A stretch of 63,983 nucleotides of DNA, filler included, from Stramenopiles sp. TOSAG23-3 (Eukaryota), in NCBI GenBank assembly GCA_900128585.1. It is 7 parts of 7 records of this genome, joined end to end, with 100 filler letters (N's around TTAATTAATTAA, not from the genome) between each part and the next. Parts side by side here need not be neighbours in the genome. Positions count along the whole stretch, not along the records: positions 29,163 to 43,618 come from LT642566.1; positions 43,719 to 58,169 come from LT642567.1; 5 more parts are not named here. One strand, given 5' to 3'. Made by a program: the position numbers and the translations under genes. This document shows positions 41,710 through 52,671 of this stretch, piece after piece. Under the pieces are notes generated by a model. It made no database searches. It was not told where the DNA came from and was given only the letters and a program-made list of their open reading frames with translations. Positions within the stretch are counted from its first letter, which is position 1. Each line of letters begins with the position of its first letter.

Positions 41710-42246
41710 GGGCACTGCCCTGCCCGCCACCGCACTTGTTGTGGAACCGAGCTGGAATAAGGGACTGTACCTGGTTGTTCGGTTTTTTGGCAATAATTTA
41801 TACGTATTTCGACGTGAGGAAGAGTTCAGGGGAAGTATAATTTATAGCTAAGCAAAGTAGTAGTGGGCATGTTTTACCTTGTTGGACGCTCAACCGTTTC
41901 TGCGTACATTTTTTACATCTCGAAGAATAAAGACTTCAGATTTATTTTACACACACTCAATTTCACTCTCATGGCCTGGAAGAAGCAACTTGCGCCCAGC
42001 CGCCGCGTGCAATTTGCATTTTCCCTCTGCTGTCTTTTATTTCTCTCCATCCGCGTGCACACTTTGCTTACATCATAGTTCGACTATATCTATCTAATAC
42101 AAATATAATTTGTTTTTTTTTCTTCTATACAAACAATTTATTTTTTACATTACAAGTTTACCCCCCGCTTGCCAACACACGTTGCCGTCCAATGGCAACA
42201 TTGTGGTGGTGGTGGGTGATCCATCTATACCTCCTCGCTTCTAATT

Positions 42247-43407
42247 TTATCGCTGGGCATTGCGAAGCCCAAGGTTTGCCTCTATAAAGTCCATCGCCTC
42301 TTCCAGACGCTCCCCTAGCAGGGTTCTGTCGAAATTGGGGTCTGCGCCGACACCATCGTTTCTCACTGGCCGTTTGGATGCGACCCTCGAACACCAGTCC
42401 CAAAACCCCATGGACAGGGCCATGGCGCGGTTCCCGTCTTTGCAGTTACGTACCAAGCCATCGATTGCTGAGTCCACCCGCCGTGGGCTTCTGTGGTGTC
42501 GCCCGTACAAGAAGAGCGCCAGGGCCAGCGGGGACTCCAGCTTCAGGTGTGGGTCTGCGGACACGACAGTAGCGTTGTATTTCTCAAACGTTCCCAGGGC
42601 TCTCCCTAAGCGAACATACGCGTTCCGAGCTGCGCACATCGTGTCCCGCAACTGCTTTTGAACCGTTTCGTATGCCGACGGCAACTCCAGGGCTTTCATA
42701 GACTTCCATTCAATCGAGCCTGAGAGGGAGCCCCCCCGGAATGGCGCTTTTTCGGCCTTAAGGTCCACACTGTACGTATCACGAAACGGCAACGGCAGGC
42801 GCCCCCAAAATGCAAGCTCGTTCTTGTGCTGTTTTTTGGCATCCTTTGCCCCAGGAGACGCGCCCGATGCCGGCGCAGGGCTGCGCCCATAAATTTCTAT
42901 CAAAACATATCTTTCAACGATGCAAAATTTGGCTATACAAAAGCACAGGGCAAGTAGTAGCCCGTGCGCGTCATCGTCGCTGTCCTTGTTCTGGCCAACC
43001 AGTTCACGTACCTGGTCGAACGGGTACCCGATTTCGATCAAGTTGTCGCACACAAAATACACGACTGAGTCGAAGTGAAACTTACGGCTGCCGTTCTTCC
43101 CAACGACTAAACGCCACGCCTCGGACAACATTTCCTTTGTGTTTTCCTGCGCCGCAAGCGCCTCGTCCCTACCCAACAATTCCAGCAGCAACAAATCGTG
43201 CAGGGCTTTCCACAGCGCAGGGCACATGTCGGCCTTACCGCAACTAGCACGACGAAACACTTCCGGGTTTACAGATGTTATCCCATGAATATGTAAAACT
43301 TTACAGACAAACTGAACCGCTTCCTTACCCGTTGGTGGTGGTGACGGGGACACTGCCCCCCCGCCTTCTTTTCCACCGGGTGAGCCCTCTATTGCGATTG
43401 AGCTCAT
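42247..43407 (-). CDS. TEDC1-like (tubulin delta/epsilon complex) protein
   Basis: PEVFRRA...PALWKAL, LLLAL.F and PLP segments recall the TEDC1 N-terminal domain (recognised by eye). Confidence 0.6.
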   Translation of the reverse strand: MSSIAIEGSPGGKEGGGAVSPSPPPTGKEAVQFVCKVLHIHGITSVNPEVFRRASCGKADMCPALWKALHDLLLLELLGRDEALAAQENTKEMLSEAWRLVVGKNGSRKFHFDSVVYFVCDNLIEIGYPFDQVRELVGQNKDSDDDAHGLLLALCFCIAKFCIVERYVLIEIYGRSPAPASGASPGAKDAKKQHKNELAFWGRLPLPFRDTYSVDLKAEKAPFRGGSLSGSIEWKSMKALELPSAYETVQKQLRDTMCAARNAYVRLGRALGTFEKYNATVVSADPHLKLESPLALALFLYGRHHRSPRRVDSAIDGLVRNCKDGNRAMALSMGFWDWCSRVASKRPVRNDGVGADPNFDRTLLGERLEEAMDFIEANLGLRNAQR

Positions 43408-43618
43408 CGCGCCGCTCTCCCGCCAAAATATTCAACCCCGGGATGAAATCCTGGCTGTTGACGGCAATCAATGCTGTTGATTTCACAACAAAATCATCTC
43501 TCCATGCGCGCTGTTTCGTATTACCATAATCAATATGCATGGAGATTGCTGCTTTGTAAATTAAGGAGATAGATGTGCGTGAATAATATTTTGTTTTTAG
43601 GTAAGAAGATTAAAAGAT

Positions 43619-43718
43619 NNNNNNNNNNNNNNNNNNNNNNNNNNNNNNNNNNNNNNNNNNNNTTAATTAATTAANNNNNNNNNNNNNNNNNNNNNNNNNN
43701 NNNNNNNNNNNNNNNNNN
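43619..43718. other. Artificial contig linker
   Basis: N-TTAATTAATTAA-N, 100 nt. Confidence 0.98.
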
Positions 43719-43719
43719 G

Positions 43720-44619
43720 GGGGATATTGATGTGGAAGAGGAAGGGCTGAAGCCGGAGCACATATGGTGGTTTGCGAAGAAAGGCGACGAGGTAGCCGCT
43801 GTGATGAACGACGATGGAACCTTGAATGAACTCACCTTGGCAATGTGTCAAGACGTGTTCGGGGAAGACCCGCCCGAGGGCACAAGGCTCCCGTCCAGCT
43901 ACAAGCAGTACCTAAAAGTCATGCGTGAGTACAACAAAGCCTACGAAGAAATTGACGACGTTGTCAAGGAGTTGGAGGAGGCTTCGCGCCCATTCACCGT
44001 CGACAGGCCGAATACTGCCGCGGAGATGGCCGCAAACCTTCCGACGGAGCTGATGCTACCGCTTTCGGAGCAGGTGGACGAAGGGAGCGTGTGCATGGTC
44101 CTGAGATGGTCGAACCGAAGTTCATGCAGCCCTAAATGGAAGATCGAGCGGTCGGACGATATGTCAGAGACGGGGATTGTGAAAAAGGAGGGTGGCAAAA
44201 ACGCTTGCGCGGATGTTGTCGCTTTTGGCCCAGGTGCAAGCTTCAAATCACTCTCGGTGGTGTTGGCGTCGGATTCTGACGATTTCGTGAATGACTTGAA
44301 GCAAACGTTGGCATCGGTCCACATTTACCAGCATGGGCTGCTGACCGATATTCTGCACGTATCTAACACGAAACCATCGTTCCCGAACGAAGGAAAAGAG
44401 TGGAGGATTCTCCAGTTCGAAAGGGAGGGAGGGTCAATGGCCGTAGTAAACGTCATACTCTCCGAGAAAAAGGCGGAGTTGGGCACGGGAGAGAGCGACG
44501 GTGAACCTGAAACCGTTTACAGCAGCAACGAGGAGGAGGAGGACAACGAAGAGGAGGAAATCTACGACGATGAGTTTGAAGAAGACGATTTGTATGGGGA
44601 CGACGAGTGGGAAGACTAA
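43720..44619 (+). CDS. Unknown acidic protein, 5'-truncated
   Basis: Frame open from contig start; GC-rich; D/E-rich tail. Confidence 0.72.
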   Translation, partial: GDIDVEEEGLKPEHIWWFAKKGDEVAAVMNDDGTLNELTLAMCQDVFGEDPPEGTRLPSSYKQYLKVMREYNKAYEEIDDVVKELEEASRPFTVDRPNTAAEMAANLPTELMLPLSEQVDEGSVCMVLRWSNRSSCSPKWKIERSDDMSETGIVKKEGGKNACADVVAFGPGASFKSLSVVLASDSDDFVNDLKQTLASVHIYQHGLLTDILHVSNTKPSFPNEGKEWRILQFEREGGSMAVVNVILSEKKAELGTGESDGEPETVYSSNEEEEDNEEEEIYDDEFEEDDLYGDDEWED

Positions 44620-45367
44620 TCATTGCCAACGAAAAGGTACAGCTTCCATATATTATTTGTTTTTATATAGTAGTGCAAATTACAAATTGCAAATTACAAA
44701 TCGTAAAATAGTTATTGAATTGTGATTATCCTGATGCTACGGTAGGTATTAATATTATTATGATAAATGATCCAATTGGATGTTGTTTGGATTTTTGGAT
44801 TTTGGGATTGATTATTATTATTTTAGCTTATTGCCTTATTATGCCTTTATACTTTATACTTTACAGAGCACTGATGACTGAGGACTGAGCAGTTATTTTG
44901 TTCTTTTTATTTACGAAGTTTTTAAAGTTGTAACGTCATTTATGAAAATGATGCTGTGTACCTGTATTATACAAAGTAGTAGAATGGAACTCATTCTACT
45001 ACGGGTAAACTCCTACCTTGTTCGATTAAATAAGGACAATACAATATAAAAAATCCCTTTCCAAGTATTGGTAAAGGCTGATATGATAGTTAAAAACAAC
45101 ATTGATATTATAGTAATGCACTACATCCTTAATTAATGAATGGAGACCGCGAAAAACGAAACCAAAAAAAAAAGGGAAAGAAAAAATGTGAATAAAATAT
45201 TCTATAAAAATTAGAAACGCATTGCTCCACAAACGGTTGTAGTTTGCGGGTTGCAGTCTGCAAAGTAGAAACAGATTTAAACGCTTCGTTCCCCTTTGCA
45301 TGGTGCGTTTCTCACTCCGCTGACGAAAAGTTACCGTGACATTTGTTCGCTCGTCTGAGTTCGGAAG

Positions 45368-46894
45368 ATGCTCAACAATAGAATGCGGCGGTTGACCACT
45401 CGGGGCAAGGTGTCTATGGTTTCCGTGGACCCGCAAAAGAACGGCCCGGGGAACGAAAACGGGGCAAGCTTCCAGAATAGTGAAGAGTTCGAACGCCTTA
45501 AGCACGAGAACAATGCACTTCGAAGGCGCGTTTCTCACTATGAAACCATGTTCAACAAGAAAAAGAATAAAACGGCAATGGACAAGCACATTCACCTGTT
45601 CAGCAACTTGCTGTATCAGGCAAAAATGGCAAAGAAGGACGCGTCGAAGGACAAATCAATAGGGAAGGAGCAGTTGAAAGCGGAAGTGAAGAAACTGTAC
45701 GGGCTGCTACAGTTAGCAAAGAAGGATTGTTTGAACAAAATGGACCAACTTATACAGGCAGACATACGGCTGGAGAAGGAGAGGGAGGAGAGAAACAAAC
45801 TTTTGGAGCAGTTGACCGTGGACCGGCAAGTATTTGTGGAACTGCTGAACGCCGATCGGAAGCGGTACGTAGAGACCCTCCAACGGGTGCAGAACGGAGG
45901 GCAACATGTCATAATAAACGATACTATATTTGGTGAGGATGCCAGGGTCACGTTTAGTTATAGGAAGAAGAAAAAGAAGAAACAAAAAATGCGCGCTCGG
46001 CCAAGAACGTCGGAGAAAACCTTTCGTAGCAATAAAAACAATAGTAGGACTCGAATGCGCAACCGTCGCAAGCGACCGCACACGGCGGGCCGAGTGGAGC
46101 GGAGGGCTGGGGCGGGAAAGAAGGGCAACGGTAAAGGAAAGCCAGAAGCATTGAGAACAGCATTAAACGAGCGGCCACAGAGTGGCCCCTCTGCAGCAAG
46201 TTATGCACGATCAAATTTGGGCGTCCCTGCCCGAGTCTTGGACGCCGCCCCGCCAGAATCGCCCGCAAGCGTGGTGCAGGAGGACTTCTCGTTCTCGAGT
46301 AGCAGTGGAAACCAGGCCCTCCAACCCCGCCCTCCCCGACGACCGGTTCGGGTGGGGCCCAAAGAGCGCGCTGGCGGGATTCGACGCAGGATTATATCTG
46401 GTCCCGATACATCGGTGGCGAGCACCGGTGACGCCACGGTAATGAGAAAAATAGAAGGAGCGGAAGAGATCATGATGCCCGTCGCCAGCCCGAAACACTC
46501 GTACTCCCCTGCAAAGCTCAGCACGTCCCCGATTAGAAACCTGGCAGAACCGCAGGATGAGATCAATGGAAAGGGGTTCTTTGAAAACGATAGCAACGAA
46601 GTGCCCACTATTTCGGGGGGACCAGTGGAAATCCCGAAAGTTTTGCCTGAGAGTGACACAGCCGAGGAAGAAATAGACGAAGAGGAGGAGGAAGAAGAAG
46701 TTGACGAAGAAGAGTCGGAGGAAGAATCGGAGGAGGAGTCCGAGGACGATGAAATGCTTTCAAAATTAATGCAAGGGATCCAAAACGGTGGCAATGGCGG
46801 CGTTGACGGAAGTAGCAGGAATCAAGAATCCAATGAAACGTACGTGAATTCTGAAAAGGAATCCGTTGTAAGGGACTCTCTACCTGTTCTGTAA
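45368..46894 (+). CDS. Coiled-coil/low-complexity protein of unknown function
   Basis: 508 aa; heptad N-half, basic middle, poly-E tail. Confidence 0.75.
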   Translation: MLNNRMRRLTTRGKVSMVSVDPQKNGPGNENGASFQNSEEFERLKHENNALRRRVSHYETMFNKKKNKTAMDKHIHLFSNLLYQAKMAKKDASKDKSIGKEQLKAEVKKLYGLLQLAKKDCLNKMDQLIQADIRLEKEREERNKLLEQLTVDRQVFVELLNADRKRYVETLQRVQNGGQHVIINDTIFGEDARVTFSYRKKKKKKQKMRARPRTSEKTFRSNKNNSRTRMRNRRKRPHTAGRVERRAGAGKKGNGKGKPEALRTALNERPQSGPSAASYARSNLGVPARVLDAAPPESPASVVQEDFSFSSSSGNQALQPRPPRRPVRVGPKERAGGIRRRIISGPDTSVASTGDATVMRKIEGAEEIMMPVASPKHSYSPAKLSTSPIRNLAEPQDEINGKGFFENDSNEVPTISGGPVEIPKVLPESDTAEEEIDEEEEEEEVDEEESEEESEEESEDDEMLSKLMQGIQNGGNGGVDGSSRNQESNETYVNSEKESVVRDSLPVL

Positions 46895-47377
46895 TATGTA
46901 ATAAGTCTGTTTAAATGTTTGTTTTCACTCTTTAAAACTCAATATATATTCAATTCAATCCAATTCAATTTGGTTCTTTGTTCACTTTGTTCACTTCGGT
47001 TCTATTTCAACTTACACTTTTTGATCTTTATAACTACGCATTCTTCATTTCATAGGAATATAAATATAATGTATACCAATTAATTACATTACAACTACAA
47101 ATTATCGTAATTTGAAATTCTGAAGAATGAATGAATCAATGAATGAATGAATTGAAGGAATTGAAGGAATTCCTAAGATCTGAGATCATGAAGTCATGAA
47201 GTCATCTCAAAAGATTCATCAAGATCTCAATAGTAAATAAAGGTTTAAAGATTCAATTCTAAAACGAAAGAAATGGAAAGTAGAAAGTGTGTATTTTGAT
47301 CATCCCTCGCGCTTTCCCAATCCCAACCTATCGAAGTTTTTTTGTGTTGCACACCCCAACCCACACCGTATACCATC

Positions 47378-48655
47378 ATGTCCGCGACTGCTGTGTCGGG
47401 GGTTACCCGGAAACGCGTGAGAAAACTTTCGAAGAAGATATACTTACATTTTGATTTGAACCGTACGGTTCTCATGTCGGATGCTGCTGGGGGACGGTCG
47501 ATAGAGGACACCGTTAACTACTTGCTCGCAGAAGTGTGCTATGGAAAGGCGCAGGGCGAGGGGTGGGCCCCCTTTTCCCCGTACGAACCGCGCCCGGGGG
47601 CGAACTTGAACCCGGATCTCGTTTCGTACAAATCGTTCGGGGACCGGAAGTTCCCGTACTTGAACCAAGGCGACGCGTCCGCCAAGGTTCCCGAGGGCTA
47701 TGAGAGCATAGCAAAGTACAATAAAAGCCAAAAGAAGCACCGCAAGAAACTCCAGAGCTCTTTCACGAACGAGGGGAGCCCTGGGGTGTCGTTTCGACCG
47801 TACATGGACGACGTATTGAAGGCGCTCAGCCTGCCGGAGGACAAGCAAGAGGCAGCGGCGAAGGCGTCGGCCGAAGTGGAGAACGGGCTTTTGGCAGAGT
47901 TCTGGCGCAACGGGAAGTACTTTTTGCTCCCTTCGTTCCTAAATTTTTTGGTGTACCTTCAATCCGACGAAGCACTGATGGAGAATGTCAACATTATCTA
48001 CCGCACCTTTGGGGAGGACCTTGAGGAAGTCTCGAAAGAGTTGAAAATGTTCCAGGAGGGGAAGCACCCGTGCTACCCCGGGCTTCACCTCGACCGGAGG
48101 CTTTGCCTCTCTGAACCGTTCGGGGTGTTTTTTCGAAATAGCGAAGAGAGCGACGGGATAGCCCTGGCCATCGGGACGATGACAAAGGCGCCGAAGGACT
48201 GCGCGGACATAAAAGCGTTTTACGAGGAGTTGGGGCAAGGGAATGTCTCCCTAGCCCACGGGTTTGCAGCGTGCCACAAGGCAATGATGGGGCGCTTCTC
48301 CGACACGGTCCACGCCGCTGGCTTTCGGGATTATTTTGAGTGGTGGCACTCGCACGGGGAAAGCGACGACTCGGGGAAAGTTCTTCTTGTAAACGACAAA
48401 AGCTCTGAGGCGTACCAAAGCGAGTACCACGCCTTCATAGACGATCACGTCGAGGCCGATCACAGCCATATCGTTGATGTACGGACCGCGGGCGACGGGT
48501 CCGTCATTTCCCCGAAAGAGAGCATTGGGAAGGTTATCTTTCGCGCTGAACCGTACGTTGCCATCACGAACGATGCGTACTTTATCGAACAGTTTGAGAT
48601 GATCCTGAAAACGGCAGGGGCAGAGGACGTCGGGGACAGGGAGTCCAACCTGTAA
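47378..48655 (+). CDS. Uncharacterised HAD-like protein
   Basis: LHFDLNRTVLMSD (motif I-like), IIYRTFG (motif II-like), AFIDDH (motif IV-like). Confidence 0.7.
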   Translation: MSATAVSGVTRKRVRKLSKKIYLHFDLNRTVLMSDAAGGRSIEDTVNYLLAEVCYGKAQGEGWAPFSPYEPRPGANLNPDLVSYKSFGDRKFPYLNQGDASAKVPEGYESIAKYNKSQKKHRKKLQSSFTNEGSPGVSFRPYMDDVLKALSLPEDKQEAAAKASAEVENGLLAEFWRNGKYFLLPSFLNFLVYLQSDEALMENVNIIYRTFGEDLEEVSKELKMFQEGKHPCYPGLHLDRRLCLSEPFGVFFRNSEESDGIALAIGTMTKAPKDCADIKAFYEELGQGNVSLAHGFAACHKAMMGRFSDTVHAAGFRDYFEWWHSHGESDDSGKVLLVNDKSSEAYQSEYHAFIDDHVEADHSHIVDVRTAGDGSVISPKESIGKVIFRAEPYVAITNDAYFIEQFEMILKTAGAEDVGDRESNL

Positions 48656-48765
48656 AGAAAGTTCTCTGCAGGGCAGCCGTACAACGACAAATTGCGTACA
48701 ACGGTAAAACCAAGAAAATTAATACTATCAAAATAATTTGTTTTTTTTTATATTTTAAATAATTC

Positions 48766-49704
48766 TCAACCTTGTTGCTCGTCTTCTTCCGCCACTCCGC
48801 TGCCCCCCGAAAGCCGCTCTCGCAGGGTATCGTTGCATGCTTTCTTGAACGCGACCTTGCATGCCTTTAAATGTTTCCTCGCTTTCGCCAGTTTTTTCTG
48901 CAACGACCGCAAAGCGCTCATGTCGGCGGAAGGCTTGCCCCCCTCCTCGTTTGGTCTACTTTGGGGGACATTACCAGCAGCTGCACCACTGCCGCTGCCA
49001 GTTTTCCCTTCTTCTTTGTTGCCTTCCTCCTCCTGGGACAGGACCAGCTCTTTCAGGGCAAGATAGTCGCCATACGCGAGCTCTGAGTGTGCCCACGTAT
49101 TGTCAATGTCCCAAAACTGCCCTCGAACTTCCTTGTCCATCTCCTCCTTGATCATCCCCAAACGCGCGCTGATCCTTCGTTGATACCCTTTCATGCACGT
49201 TTTGTCCAGCTTTATGGCCTCGTCGCAGTCGAACGCGGCCGCGGACCACTGGGACAGTTTCAGCTTGCACTGCGCGCGGTTCAAGTGGAGGGTCACCTTC
49301 AAAGCAACGATGGCTTTCTTTTCCTGGGCAGAGAAGAGATGGTTCAGCTCTTCCTTTTGGTAGTACATTGCAACGAACGCCAAATCGTAATGTTTAATGG
49401 CGGCCTGTACCTTCTTCTTCCCGTCCGCCTTTGCCGCCATCGCGTTGAATATTTCACTGTCCTTGATTCGGTTCGTCTTCGGGTCTTTCAGGCCTTCCAA
49501 CTGAAGCAGCTTTAATCCCGCCCTGTACATATCGTTGCCGTTGTTCTTTTCTTTCGTTGCAGATTGCAATCGTTGCGAGATCGGGGCCATCATACTTACC
49601 ACAGTCCCTGAATCCGACGCGCTAGCTTTGTTTGCACTCTCCTCCTCCAGGTTAAACCGTTTAAACTCTTCTGCGGTGGGCTCCACGTTCGCCAAGGACG
49701 CCAT
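48766..49704 (-). CDS. TPR co-chaperone-like protein
   Basis: KEKNNGNDMY, LHLNRAQCKLKL..W..A..DCDEAIKLD...KGYQRR (FKBP/Cyp40-type TPR). Confidence 0.82.
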   Translation of the reverse strand: MASLANVEPTAEEFKRFNLEEESANKASASDSGTVVSMMAPISQRLQSATKEKNNGNDMYRAGLKLLQLEGLKDPKTNRIKDSEIFNAMAAKADGKKKVQAAIKHYDLAFVAMYYQKEELNHLFSAQEKKAIVALKVTLHLNRAQCKLKLSQWSAAAFDCDEAIKLDKTCMKGYQRRISARLGMIKEEMDKEVRGQFWDIDNTWAHSELAYGDYLALKELVLSQEEEGNKEEGKTGSGSGAAAGNVPQSRPNEEGGKPSADMSALRSLQKKLAKARKHLKACKVAFKKACNDTLRERLSGGSGVAEEDEQQG

Positions 49705-50026
49705 TCTATACAACGAAGAAGCAGAAGCCCGCGACCGATGGGTTAGTTTAATATACTCTTAAATGCGTATATATAAATACACACGAGAACAAAACCTAAC
49801 AACGAAGGCGTATCGTGGATTCAAAATCTGGTACGAATTATAAAAAGGGTATCACAGTTTTCTCTGTGTCACAACAGACGTTTTGCGTTGGAGGTCGGTC
49901 AGAAGACAGTCTCGAAAAAAAGGGTCCGAAAAAAAGAAAGAAAAAAACGGGAAAAAAAAAATCGGTTTGTTTTATGCACGAACTTCTAAAAGTTCCTTTA
50001 ATAACAATTTATATACATCATATTTT

Positions 50027-50647
50027 TTACATCCCGTCACGACCACTTTGATTCGAACCTTTTAACAATTGACTTTTGCAACACCCTTTCTCTGGACAAG
50101 AGGCAACTTCGTTGCCGTCGCGGTACAATCGTTCAATAATCCATTCCCCATAAATCCAACCAGGCCGTTTCGTCACACCACACCCATGCCTTATCCCATT
50201 CTTATATTTTCCAGTAAACACAGTCTTGTCGTTTTTAAACTTAACCGTACCAACTCCATGACGATTTCCATCTTTCCATTCCCCTTTATAATAGCTATCA
50301 AGGGAAACATAAACACCACGCCCGTGCTGCTTGTTACGACTCCATTGCCCATTGTAATAATCACCACTTGGAAACGTATACTTGCCCTTCTTTCTTAGCC
50401 CGTGCTCCCACGTTCCTTCATAGCTTGTTTTGTCACCATCCCAGACAATCTTCCCGTGTCCGTGTGGTTTTCCATCTAAAAAGGATCCGCGATATACGTT
50501 ACCTTCTTCTTTAAATGTCCCTTTACCATCAATGCAATTCCCTTTCACACACTTACTTTCCCCTCTGTTTGCACAGAAAAGAACAACAAGCAGGAACAAC
50601 AAACATTTCTTCTTCACGATGATCCAACTTTTTGAACCTACCATCAT
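50027..50647 (-). CDS. MORN-repeat protein with predicted signal peptide
   Basis: Repeated YxGxWxxGxxHGxG; hydrophobic CLLFLLVVLFCA; CVKGNCIDGKG cap. Confidence 0.82.
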   Translation of the reverse strand: MMVGSKSWIIVKKKCLLFLLVVLFCANRGESKCVKGNCIDGKGTFKEEGNVYRGSFLDGKPHGHGKIVWDGDKTSYEGTWEHGLRKKGKYTFPSGDYYNGQWSRNKQHGRGVYVSLDSYYKGEWKDGNRHGVGTVKFKNDKTVFTGKYKNGIRHGCGVTKRPGWIYGEWIIERLYRDGNEVASCPEKGCCKSQLLKGSNQSGRDGM

Positions 50648-51335
50648 ATAGTCAATCAACAAACATACAAATTGACGAAGAAAAAGCGTTTGAAATTGAA
50701 ACGCAACTCGATTGAAACCAATTCTATCTACATTGATAAAAGTTTTTAAATTTGTTGAAATTGAACAGAGATCATATTTTTTATTACCAACGCGAAACGC
50801 GAAGAAGCGAAGAAGAAGAACGACCATTTTATTTTTGTGTTTTCTTTCTTCTTCTTCTGTTTTTTTTTTTTTACTTCGACATTAAATTATTAAGTACGAC
50901 TAAAATATTCAAAATACATTCATTAGTATGCAAATGCTTAGTATATAAATATACATGTCCTATCTGAAGAAAGGTCCTTCGATTTTTATTTTATTTTTCA
51001 AATAAAAAAAGTCCGTCCGATCATCATCATCACCACCACCCCCAATAATATAACGCTCCGCCCCTCCGATCGCTGATCAGTCTGTCTTTAATGAATTCCC
51101 GTTCTTTGACAGTTCAGTTTGTTGAACTTTGTCAACAATTATGAACACTTTATACGATTGGGTAAGTTGCGGAATACAGCAAGAAAGTTCTTGTTCTCTC
51201 TCGCTGACTCGCCCAAGGCCTTGGTGTTCTCTTTTTCTTTCACACCACGAACACTTTTTTCCCCAGTGTACATTTTCCCCGGCCTCCGGTCGCTGTGCGT
51301 GTTGCAGTATCGTCTTTTAAATTTGTTTGTTTTGA

Positions 51336-52337
51336 ATGGAGTTTGCCGAGGAACAAGGTGGCAATGCGGCACATATGGATGAACAGTTTCTTACGAGCCA
51401 GTCGGTCTTGTTCACGTCCTCTCCACCAAAGTTAGTATACACTTGCCGGGAAAACAAGTTGGAGAAAAACGTCTTGGAGACGTTTGTTCAGCTGAACAGG
51501 GACGCAGAAACGTTGGAATACTTGGAAACATATTGCAGTGGCAAAGAGAGCTTTTTACGGTCGACGATGGCCCACCTGGCGAACTATTTTCTATCTCGAA
51601 CAGATTCAAACGCGCTGGTAGGTCGGGGGCAAATGTTTGTCCTCTCGACCGCCCAAATAGAACGGCTTCTCTCCCACGGAAAACCCGGTAACAAGGGAGG
51701 TCCTACTGCTATTCTTCCAGGAGGGAAACCCTTTCAACGCCTTTTGGACATTGGCGCAGGCGATGGAACGGTGACTAAACATTTTTCTCCTCTAGTGAAA
51801 CACATCACAGTCACAGAGGTCTCCACGCACATGATAAAACGTTTGGAAGGCTTGCCCTTCGTGGACAGGGCCTGCAATACCGCATCATTGGACCCATTCC
51901 CAACCGGCAACGAGAGCGATCACTTTGACTTGATTGGTTTGCTAAACGTTTTGGATCGGTGCCATGAACCAAGCACGCTGCTGTACGAAATTCGCAAACG
52001 GCTTGTCCCTTCCACGGGGCGGCTCGTGCTTGCCGTCGTTCTACCGTTTTGCCCGTTTGTGGAAGATGGGACGAAGCAGCAGACCCCGTCCCAAGACTTA
52101 AACATGAACGGCGGAAGGTGCAAAGAAGGCGCATCGTTCGAGGAGTCGGTGAATGTTCTCATCAACAACGTGCTGATCCCACATGGCTTCATAGTTCACT
52201 CGTGGAGTCGTTTGCCGTACATCTGTGCCGGCGACGAGCGCCAGCAGTATTATGTGCTAAGCGATGCTGTCTTTGTCCTGTCGCACGATGGGGAATTGGG
52301 GGAAGAGCGCGAAGACGAACTGATGGGGTTAGAATAG
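51336..52337 (+). CDS. METTL9: METTL9/DREV protein-histidine methyltransferase
   Basis: SRTDSNALVGRGQMFVLS, LLDIGAGDG.VT, TEVS..M, LNVLDRC..P, LAVVLPF, WSRLPYICAGD..YYVLSDA. Confidence 0.9.
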   Translation: MEFAEEQGGNAAHMDEQFLTSQSVLFTSSPPKLVYTCRENKLEKNVLETFVQLNRDAETLEYLETYCSGKESFLRSTMAHLANYFLSRTDSNALVGRGQMFVLSTAQIERLLSHGKPGNKGGPTAILPGGKPFQRLLDIGAGDGTVTKHFSPLVKHITVTEVSTHMIKRLEGLPFVDRACNTASLDPFPTGNESDHFDLIGLLNVLDRCHEPSTLLYEIRKRLVPSTGRLVLAVVLPFCPFVEDGTKQQTPSQDLNMNGGRCKEGASFEESVNVLINNVLIPHGFIVHSWSRLPYICAGDERQQYYVLSDAVFVLSHDGELGEEREDELMGLE

Positions 52338-52671
52338 AACGCTTCTGCTTGCGCAACAAGAAGACATTCTACTGTGGTGAAATATTTTATCGTGTGTGAT
52401 ATGATAAGATAGCACATAATTCAGAGAGTGAATTTGATTTTGTAAAAAAACGTTTTTTTTAAGTTGCACAGAAAATGTAAAATAACACATAAAATGTAAA
52501 AGAGTAATTCGTAGGATGTAACATTAAAACATATCTTTAATCCACAACAGGTGGGTACACATCTCAAAACACTTCTCCGTTTAGAATCTTACTTCTTCCC
52601 GATCGTTCATGCAGTAGGATCTAGCACAACATAATGTTGTTCGTAGGTGTTGAATGTATTTTGTTAATTTC

